From positions 1-16,563 of the forward strand of contig CAZJUB010000058.1 of assembly GCA_964549075.1 (NCBI GenBank): a DNA stretch of 16,563 nucleotides, in the 5' to 3' direction. Every line of letters begins with the position of its first letter. Within the stretch, counting starts at the first letter, position 1. The translations under genes were made by a program, and so were the position numbers. Positions 7,344 through 14,596 of the stretch are shown here, piece by piece. This DNA is from an uncultured archaeon. Its GTDB lineage: Archaea; Asgardarchaeota; Heimdallarchaeia; Heimdallarchaeales; Heimdallarchaeaceae. The notes below the pieces were generated by a model that searched no databases, was not told where the DNA came from, and saw only the letters and a program-made list of their open reading frames with translations.

Positions 7344-8363
7344 ATGACTAAAGATCCTTATATTATAATAAATCCTAGTGCTAATACTGGACGACTTGGA
7401 AAAAATTTAGATAAAGTTTTGAAACTAGTAGAACAATATATTGGAAAATTTGAATATTCTTTAACAGAAAGTCCAAGACATGAAAAAGAGCTAGCTCAGA
7501 AGGCAATAGATGAAGGTTATAAATTCTTAGTAGCGCTTGGAGGGGATGGAACTGCTACCAATATGGGAGATGTAATTATTAACCATCCTGATGTAAAACT
7601 TGGTTTGATTTCAGCTGGATCTATGTGTGATTGGCATCAATCTTATTATATCCCCTTTCATATGGAAGAAAGTCTTAAAATTCTAAAGGAAGGTCATGTA
7701 GAAAAAATCCCCGCGATGAGATGTAAAGGTGATGAAGAGACCTACTCTTTTGATATGACAGACGGTGGTTTTACAGGAAAAGCTGCTGCTGCAGCTCATT
7801 ATGAAATGAAGTGGATGAAGATAGGTTCAATTAAATATGATCTTCTCGCTGTAAAATATGTTATTAAAACAAAAAATACTCCTTGTATGATAAAGATAGA
7901 TGATAATGAACCTTTCAAAATAGATGCATTAACAAATTTCTTTGTGGCGTTAAGTGATGATATTTCAGGATTTCATGTGCTTCCTGGAAACACAGTATTT
8001 TGTAAAAAGAATAAGGATTTAGGTATTGCAATAGTTCATGGGAAAAAGGGATTGAGCAGAATAAGTATGTTGGTTAAAGCTATTCCTGGTAATCATATTG
8101 GAATAAAAGGTGTATGGTTTTCAAGAGGAAAGAAAATTGAAATAGAATCTTTGAGAGATCCTCTGTGTTGTGAAGCAGAAGGAGAAATCTATAATGAACA
8201 CGGAATGAAAATTGAGATAGAGCGAGTAGATGATGCTATTAGCTTAATCGTTCCAAAAGAACGAGAGTATAAAATCGAGTATGATGAATCGTATTTCCAC
8301 GAAAAATTTGAAGATTCTTTTAAGAAACGTAAATTTGAGAGAGTTCCAGAGTTTACTAAATAA
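7344..8363 (+). CDS. Diacylglycerol-kinase-family lipid kinase (YegS/DgkB-like)
   Basis: IINPSAN, LT..PRH..ELA, ALGGDGT, C-terminal EGE motif. Confidence 0.85.
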   Translation: MTKDPYIIINPSANTGRLGKNLDKVLKLVEQYIGKFEYSLTESPRHEKELAQKAIDEGYKFLVALGGDGTATNMGDVIINHPDVKLGLISAGSMCDWHQSYYIPFHMEESLKILKEGHVEKIPAMRCKGDEETYSFDMTDGGFTGKAAAAAHYEMKWMKIGSIKYDLLAVKYVIKTKNTPCMIKIDDNEPFKIDALTNFFVALSDDISGFHVLPGNTVFCKKNKDLGIAIVHGKKGLSRISMLVKAIPGNHIGIKGVWFSRGKKIEIESLRDPLCCEAEGEIYNEHGMKIEIERVDDAISLIVPKEREYKIEYDESYFHEKFEDSFKKRKFERVPEFTK

Positions 8364-8454
8364 ATACCTTTATTGCTTCTTCGTTGAAAAAAGATTTAAA
8401 AGAGCAGTCACGTTATATTGACTAACCTCTATTGAATAAACGGAGAAAGACGAC

Positions 8455-8739
8455 ATGTCAGATGATAAAAAAAACGCGATCTACATTGGAAAAAAAGGAA
8501 CTATGAATTACTGTTTAGTCGTTGTTACAATCTTCAATAAAGGAGAAGAGGAATGTACAATAAGAGCAAGGGGTAGAGCGATTTCTAAAGCGGTTGATGT
8601 CGCTGAAATCACTGTAAGACGATTCTTACCTGAAATAATAGTAATCTCTGATGTAATCATTGGTTCTGAAGTACTAGAAATTGATGGTCAAGAAAAAACA
8701 GTTTCAACAATCGATATAATACTTAAACGTAAATCTTAG
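8455..8739 (+). CDS. albA: DNA/RNA-binding protein Alba
   Basis: IYIGKK..MNY, IRARGRAISKAVDVAEI..RRF, VSTIDI.L. Confidence 0.96.
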   Translation: MSDDKKNAIYIGKKGTMNYCLVVVTIFNKGEEECTIRARGRAISKAVDVAEITVRRFLPEIIVISDVIIGSEVLEIDGQEKTVSTIDIILKRKS

Positions 8740-8830
8740 AATAATAGCAACTTAGTATGAATTGAGTTGAGGTTTTCTTAGTTTACTCTTTTTATATTTG
8801 AAAGTAAAAAAATCGAAAATTGTGACACTT

Positions 8831-9004
8831 CTACTCTTTTAATTTCATTGGAGCACCACAGCAAGAGAACTCACAGTGCTCGTCACATCCACAGGATTCA
8901 GCAGAAGTACCACATTCCTCACATTCTACGACAACTTTTAATTCTAAACCACAATCCTCGCACATATAAATTTGACCTAGTTTCATGTTATGACAATTAA
9001 CCAT
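8831..9004 (-). CDS. Small Cys-rich desulforedoxin-like metal-binding protein (57 aa)
   Basis: MVNCHNMKLGQIYMCEDCGLELKVVVECEECGTSAESCGCDEHCEFSCCGAPMKLKE. Start at 9004 follows TTGATAAAA (alternative ATG at 8986). The longer track ORF to 9259 overlaps the SDR antisense. Confidence 0.8.
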   Translation of the reverse strand: MVNCHNMKLGQIYMCEDCGLELKVVVECEECGTSAESCGCDEHCEFSCCGAPMKLKE

Positions 9005-9089
9005 TTTTATCAAGCTAAGGTAAATTTTCTGGAATAAAAGACTTGTGGATTGTAAAAAAATTATTAATCTTATCTGTTCTCGTTTTCGT

Positions 9090-9899
9090 ATGAAAAATAT
9101 ACCTTTAGGTTCCAAAGTTGCCGTAATTACTGGTGCTTCAAGTGGAATTGGTGAGATGTTCGCTCGAGAATTAGCAGCAAAAGGATATAATTTGATTCTT
9201 GTTGCTAGAAGAAAACCAAAACTTGAGGAATTAGCAAATGAAATGAATTTAAAGTTCAAAGTAAGTACAGAGGTGATTTTAGCAGATTTATCAGAAATGA
9301 CAAAAATAGAGGAACTTGTAACTTACTTTACTGAAAAGGAAGGGATAGAAGTTTTAGTAAATAATGCTGGATATGGTTTATTAGGTAATTTTGTGGATAT
9401 AGAGTTGTCAAAACAACTTAAGATGATTAAAGTTCATAGTATAGCTAGCTATTGCTTTTCTAAAGCTGTTTTACCTGTAATGCTTAAGAATAATAAAGGT
9501 TTCATAATAAATGTCTCTTCTCTGAGTGGTTTGATGCCTAAATATGGGAATGTAGCCTATACTGTTTCAAAATCATTTCTTATAGTATTCTCTCAAACCT
9601 TACAAGAAGAGTTGAGAAATACCAATATCAAAATTCAAGCTCTCTGTCCGGGGATGACTGTATCTGAATTTCATAATAAAGAGAAATTACCTGACTTTGA
9701 CAAATCTTCTGTTCCTAAAAATTTCTGGATGACTTCAGAAGAAGTTGTAAGAAAATCCTTGAAATCTTTAAGGAAGAGAAAAACAATTTATGTTCCTGGG
9801 TGGAAAAATCGTTTGTCTTTAAGAATCTCAAATAATTTCCTTATTGGAGCAATTATTAGATATTTTATTTCATTAAGATTTAGGAGAAACAAAGAATAA
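9090..9899 (+). CDS. Short-chain dehydrogenase/reductase (likely NADP-dependent)
   Basis: TGASSGIG, VARR, LVNNAG, NVSS, YTVSK (YxxxK), LCPG. ATG at 9090 preferred over GTG at 9045. Confidence 0.93.
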   Translation: MKNIPLGSKVAVITGASSGIGEMFARELAAKGYNLILVARRKPKLEELANEMNLKFKVSTEVILADLSEMTKIEELVTYFTEKEGIEVLVNNAGYGLLGNFVDIELSKQLKMIKVHSIASYCFSKAVLPVMLKNNKGFIINVSSLSGLMPKYGNVAYTVSKSFLIVFSQTLQEELRNTNIKIQALCPGMTVSEFHNKEKLPDFDKSSVPKNFWMTSEEVVRKSLKSLRKRKTIYVPGWKNRLSLRISNNFLIGAIIRYFISLRFRRNKE

Positions 9900-9917
9900 A
9901 GTGAATATTCTTTTACT

Positions 9918-10574
9918 TCAAATAACTTGAACCCATCTTGGTTCATACTCATTTCGTGCAAATTTGATTCTCACTAGCTGTTGAATTGATTCTGGTTCAT
10001 CTTTTCTTTGAGTTTCTACAACCATATCTACTATTGTGTGAAGAGTATTTTCTGTCTTCTCATCGATAACGCCTGAATCTAACAATAAAAGAGCAGTTTG
10101 TTTTCTCTGACGAATTCTAGCTGCAAGAGTCTGAAGAAAATTTAATACCTGCATAGGTCTGTTATATAACATCAGTATAGCTAATTGATCAAATACGATT
10201 CGCAACTTAGGAGCTTTTTTAGAAAGTTCGTCTATTGTAACTGAAAGAGTAATAAGGTCACTTGCATGTTCTAAGAAGAAAGTATTTTTTGGTTTAACTT
10301 CAGGTATGGATCTATAGGATAAAGAATCAATGAAGTGTATTTTTCCTGTATCAATATGTGTTTGTAAACCAGTAATGGAATTTTTTAACTGGTCTACATA
10401 ATCCTCAGCAGATTGAGCAAATAGCACAATTAAAACAGTTTCTCCTTTTTTGATTCCATCTTCGATAAATCTAGTGGCTAGAACTTCTTTAGATGTACCT
10501 GATTCTCCAGCCATTAAGATTAATGAACTATCAACACTTTTTACTAAAATATCTATCCTTGTTTGTACAGACAT
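9918..10574 (-). CDS. KaiC/RAD55-like RecA-fold protein with degenerate Walker motifs
   Basis: ILMAGESGTSKE (Walker A variant), F..DGIKKGETVL, IHFIDS, RIVFDQL (Walker B region), IVDMVVE, RIKFAR. GAGGT SD. Confidence 0.8.
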   Translation of the reverse strand: MSVQTRIDILVKSVDSSLILMAGESGTSKEVLATRFIEDGIKKGETVLIVLFAQSAEDYVDQLKNSITGLQTHIDTGKIHFIDSLSYRSIPEVKPKNTFFLEHASDLITLSVTIDELSKKAPKLRIVFDQLAILMLYNRPMQVLNFLQTLAARIRQRKQTALLLLDSGVIDEKTENTLHTIVDMVVETQRKDEPESIQQLVRIKFARNEYEPRWVQVI

Positions 10575-10588
10575 TCTTTAACCTCTTA

Positions 10589-11395
10589 TTACGAAAGTTG
10601 TTTGACAACTTCTTTGCAGAACTTCAATCCATTTTCTGTAAATTTTTCAATATTAACAGATTTTGCTGCTAGTCTAAGATAATGAGCAGTCTGGAAAGGT
10701 GTGATATCAAGTTTATCTTTATATTTGTCTTCAAGAAGGATTATAGCAGAACTTCTGTAAAACTCAGTTTCACCTTGATAATAAAGATAAGCACAACCAC
10801 AACCGAGTACAGCATCAACTGTTAGATAACGTTTATCATAATCATCTACATCTTTTAAAGTCGGAATAGCTTCCATATCTTCTAAAAACATTTTTGCCAT
10901 ATCTCGAGCAGATTCTTTTATATCTTTTTCTTCGATTTTTATTCCTTCAAAAGGATTTTTTCCTATTAGCGCTTTACCTTGTTGTGCTACCAGTACTCTG
11001 GTCCAAGGATAATCAGTAGGTTTTCCAGCTTTAGGTATTTCTTCTTTTGTTAAAACTTCAACATCAAGTAACGAACTATACAACGGGTCTTCAAGATATG
11101 TAAGTACAACATCACTTATTCTTTCCATTGATTTTTCTAAATTCTCGTCTTCTGCTGCTTTATCTTTGAGAATTATAAGGAAATCGCAATCAGATTCACC
11201 AGCTATATGTTCCTTAGTTACAACGCTACCGACCAGTAAAAGGCTATCTACAATATCCTTTAATTTAGTTTTAACATCTTTAACAAATTCTTCAGTTAGA
11301 TTCTGGTACTCGTCTCTCATAATTGTTGGCCCTCTTGGAGGACCAGGAGGACCTGTTGGTGGACCAGTAGGGGGACCGGAAGATTGATCACTCAT
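10589..11395 (-). CDS. Pol-beta-superfamily nucleotidyltransferase with helical C-terminal domain and Pro-rich N-terminus
   Basis: LLLVGSVV...GESDCDFLII (hGS..DxD) plus a third Asp in LLDVEV; helical C-terminal half (HEPN/KNTase-C-like). ATG at 11395 (alternative GTG at 11404). Confidence 0.8.
   Translation of the reverse strand: MSDQSSGPPTGPPTGPPGPPRGPTIMRDEYQNLTEEFVKDVKTKLKDIVDSLLLVGSVVTKEHIAGESDCDFLIILKDKAAEDENLEKSMERISDVVLTYLEDPLYSSLLDVEVLTKEEIPKAGKPTDYPWTRVLVAQQGKALIGKNPFEGIKIEEKDIKESARDMAKMFLEDMEAIPTLKDVDDYDKRYLTVDAVLGCGCAYLYYQGETEFYRSSAIILLEDKYKDKLDITPFQTAHYLRLAAKSVNIEKFTENGLKFCKEVVKQLS
11327..11377 (-). repeat. Coding GPP(T) repeat: GPPTGPPTGPPGPPRGP
   Basis: Read from the translation. 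Codons are synonymously diverged, so the repeat is at protein level. Confidence 0.85.
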
Positions 11396-11566
11396 AGTAT
11401 TCACGTTTCCTAATGTTCAGTATTTTTATATCTTAATAATCCATTTGGTATGGTTTTCTTAAACTTTCCTAAAAATATCAAGGCTATTGTCAGAGTAATA
11501 TTACAAATAAAATTTAATAGTAGGAGAATTATCAGTTAGTATAAACTGAATCTTCGGCTGAATCAG

Positions 11567-14521
11567 ATGAGGAAGAAAACTAAAACGAGTGATTTTGCTA
11601 AACAAAAAGAATTGTGTCCTCATAATATGCATTACGAAATCATTGCAGAAGAACTCGATACAGATATAAAATTCGGTTTGAAACAAGAAGTAGTTGACCA
11701 ACGTTTAGAAAAATATGGTCGAAATATCATCCCCAAAGTAAAAGGATCTGTTTGGGAAGTTTATATTGCTCCTTTGCTTAATTGGCTCATAAATATTTAT
11801 CTTATAGTTGCTGTAATTATGGTCATTTTAGGATTAATTCAAGATATAGTTTTTCGAGGTCAATCACAAAGCAGTGTGTGGGGACAAATTGGATTTTGGA
11901 TGGCTATTATTGGTGTGAACATCATTTTCACTATATTTCAACAGGTAAGAGCTCAGTTCAAATTAGATGCCTTACATAAGCTCTCTGCACCTTCTTCTAC
12001 AGCTATAAGGAATGGTATTCCTGAAAATATTAGTGCAGAGTTACTCGTTCCCGGAGATTTAATCGAATTAGATCAAGGAGACAGGGTTCCAGCTGATTCT
12101 AGAATTATTTATTCAAGTAATTGTTTGGTAAATGAGAGCGCTTTAACAGGGGAATCGGTGTCTGTAGAAAAAACTAGTACTCCTCAAGAGTGTCTCGATG
12201 AAGATACTCCAATCTCTCAAAGAGTAAATATGCTCTACACAGGGACTTTTCTAGAAGCAGGAAGAGCTATCGCTATAGTTGTTAATACAAGTATTTACAC
12301 CGAACTAGGTAAACTCTCTTCTGAACTACAGCAAATAGGTTCAAATGAAATCCCAATAAGATCAAAAGTAAACAGATTAGCAAAATTCCTTGGTTTAGCA
12401 GTTGTAGCTTTTATTGTAATTTCTGTAATTTACAAAATAGCTTTCCATTCAGTCACACAAACCATTTTAAAAGTAGATTTCGTTAATGATTTGATTTTAA
12501 CAGTAACAACTTCCATGGCAATAATGCCAATCAGTATACCTTTGCTAACAACATTAATCCTACTAACAGGAGTGTTGGCAATGGCAAAAGATAGAGTGAT
12601 AATAAGAAACCTTTCTGCAGTAGAGACATTAGGAAGAAGCTCGATTTTGTGTAGTGATAAGACAGGAACGATAACATCAAATCAAATGACTATCCAACGT
12701 ATTTGGGATGTAGAAAATTTTTACGGTGTATCTGGAGTAGGATATAGTAACAAAGGAGCAATCTATCCATTAGGAGAGGAATTCCCAGAAAAATTCGAGG
12801 AATATACTTTACCTGATTCTTTGAAACCATTTGCAGAAGGGTCATCTTTAGAATACTTACTTATAGGTGGGATGTTGAATAATAACGCTCATCTTATAGT
12901 CGAAGAGGTGTTTGAGCCAAACTATCAGATATCTTGGAAAACTACAGGTGATCCAACAGATGGTGCTTTTCTGGCTTTGTTTAATAAATCAGGATTGATA
13001 GAAAAAGAAGTGAGGACAAAGTACGGTTATCTCTCAGAATTTAATTTTGATTCATTAGTAAAACGAATGAGTAAGACCTATCAGAATGAAGCAGGGTATA
13101 TTTTATTCTGTAAAGGAGCAACAGAAACAGTACTCCCACTATGTGATAAGATAGGTTATCCTGAAAAATACCGAACATTAGAAGAGGAAGATAGAAAGAA
13201 AATAATGGAGTATGTAACAATTTTTGCTGCAGAAGGATATAGAGTGATATCACTAGCAGCTAAACCGATGGACAAAGAAACAACATTGACACATGATCGT
13301 GAGCAAGAAGAAAATGAGTTGATTTATAACGGATTTGTCTGTATGCTGGATCCAGCAAGATATGGGGTGAGAGATGCAGTAGAAGAATGTCTTAGAGCTG
13401 GAATAACACCAATTATGATTACAGGAGATTCACCTGTAACAGCAAAAGCTATAGCCAGAGAAGTAGGAATAATAAAAGAGAAAGAGCTAACAATAGAAGG
13501 AAATCAAATAAGTGATTTGACAGAAGAAGAATTCTTCAAAACAAGAATTTTTGCAAGAGTATCACCTCAACATAAACAAGTGATAGCAAGAAAATATCAA
13601 GATAAGGGAAAGGTTGTGTCGATGTGTGGTGATGGAGTGAATGATGCATTAGCTCTGACAATTGCAGATGTGGGTATCTGTATGGGTATTTCTGGTACAG
13701 AAGTTGCTAAACAAGCCTCTGATGTTGTTATTGCTGATGATAGTTTTACAAGCACAGTTTTAGGTATTCGAGAAGGTCGTGGTTTGTTTGACCGTATACG
13801 TGTTATGATTTTCTTCTATATAACACTCAATATTGCTGAAGCTATCATTTATTTTGCTTCTTCTTTTATCCCTGGCTTTCACCTTGTTAACGATTTTCAA
13901 CGAGTGTATATTTTCTCTACAGCTCATCTTATCCCTCCATTTGCATTTATCTTCGATAGTATCGCTTCTGAGATAATGGACTACCCACCTAGAGATGATG
14001 AGGAGATTTTTAATCGAAGGTATGTTCTAGCTCTTGTAATTCTTGCTCTCTCTCTAGCTTTTTCAGCTGGTGTGATTTATCTAATAGGGTATTTTGGTAT
14101 CCTTCCTGTGAATGATTTTAATCTCTTGGGTAACATAATAACAGGAGACACTGGTCCCCTCCCTCGAACTTTTGAACAAGCTAAGGCAAGAACAATGTTT
14201 GTAACTGTACTGGTTATTGCAGAGAGTCTTATTGTTCTCAGTCTAAGAAGGTTAAACAAATCAGTTTTCAAATCGTTTAAAGAAGATTGGAAGTGGCTTG
14301 TAATTATACTAGTCGCAGTCGTACCTATACTTCACCTCTTGCTAATGTATATACCCGCTCTGCAAAATCTTGTTGTAACGATTATGGGTGAAGGGTACAA
14401 TCCTGGTTTGATGCCTTTGAGTATTCTGGATTGGGTGGTGGTTCTAATAGCAATAGCTATACCAATAGTAACAATGGAATTATACAAGTATTTCATCAGA
14501 AAAAGAAAGATGTATTATTAA
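11567..14521 (+). CDS. P-type ATPase, P2A (SERCA/PMR1)-like scaffold with non-canonical substrate site
   Basis: LVPGD, VPAD, ESALTGES, CSDKTGT (D364), GDPTD, KGATE, DPAR, MITGD, FARVSP.HK, GDGVND; about 10 TMs; TM4 reads PISIP instead of PEGLP. Confidence 0.93.
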   Translation: MRKKTKTSDFAKQKELCPHNMHYEIIAEELDTDIKFGLKQEVVDQRLEKYGRNIIPKVKGSVWEVYIAPLLNWLINIYLIVAVIMVILGLIQDIVFRGQSQSSVWGQIGFWMAIIGVNIIFTIFQQVRAQFKLDALHKLSAPSSTAIRNGIPENISAELLVPGDLIELDQGDRVPADSRIIYSSNCLVNESALTGESVSVEKTSTPQECLDEDTPISQRVNMLYTGTFLEAGRAIAIVVNTSIYTELGKLSSELQQIGSNEIPIRSKVNRLAKFLGLAVVAFIVISVIYKIAFHSVTQTILKVDFVNDLILTVTTSMAIMPISIPLLTTLILLTGVLAMAKDRVIIRNLSAVETLGRSSILCSDKTGTITSNQMTIQRIWDVENFYGVSGVGYSNKGAIYPLGEEFPEKFEEYTLPDSLKPFAEGSSLEYLLIGGMLNNNAHLIVEEVFEPNYQISWKTTGDPTDGAFLALFNKSGLIEKEVRTKYGYLSEFNFDSLVKRMSKTYQNEAGYILFCKGATETVLPLCDKIGYPEKYRTLEEEDRKKIMEYVTIFAAEGYRVISLAAKPMDKETTLTHDREQEENELIYNGFVCMLDPARYGVRDAVEECLRAGITPIMITGDSPVTAKAIAREVGIIKEKELTIEGNQISDLTEEEFFKTRIFARVSPQHKQVIARKYQDKGKVVSMCGDGVNDALALTIADVGICMGISGTEVAKQASDVVIADDSFTSTVLGIREGRGLFDRIRVMIFFYITLNIAEAIIYFASSFIPGFHLVNDFQRVYIFSTAHLIPPFAFIFDSIASEIMDYPPRDDEEIFNRRYVLALVILALSLAFSAGVIYLIGYFGILPVNDFNLLGNIITGDTGPLPRTFEQAKARTMFVTVLVIAESLIVLSLRRLNKSVFKSFKEDWKWLVIILVAVVPILHLLLMYIPALQNLVVTIMGEGYNPGLMPLSILDWVVVLIAIAIPIVTMELYKYFIRKRKMYY

Positions 14522-14596
14522 AGAAATTTGAAGTTCATGTGTGAAGCTTTATAATAATTATTGAAAACTCAAACATGGATTTGAGCTGGTGTAGTA

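Noticed and set aside
9005-9259. N-terminal extension of the Cys-rich ORF
   Set aside because: Mostly antisense to the SDR gene; the start motif supports 9004.
11495-11504. Palindrome GTAATATTAC in the divergent intergenic region
   Set aside because: Short, AT-rich and single copy; plausible by chance.
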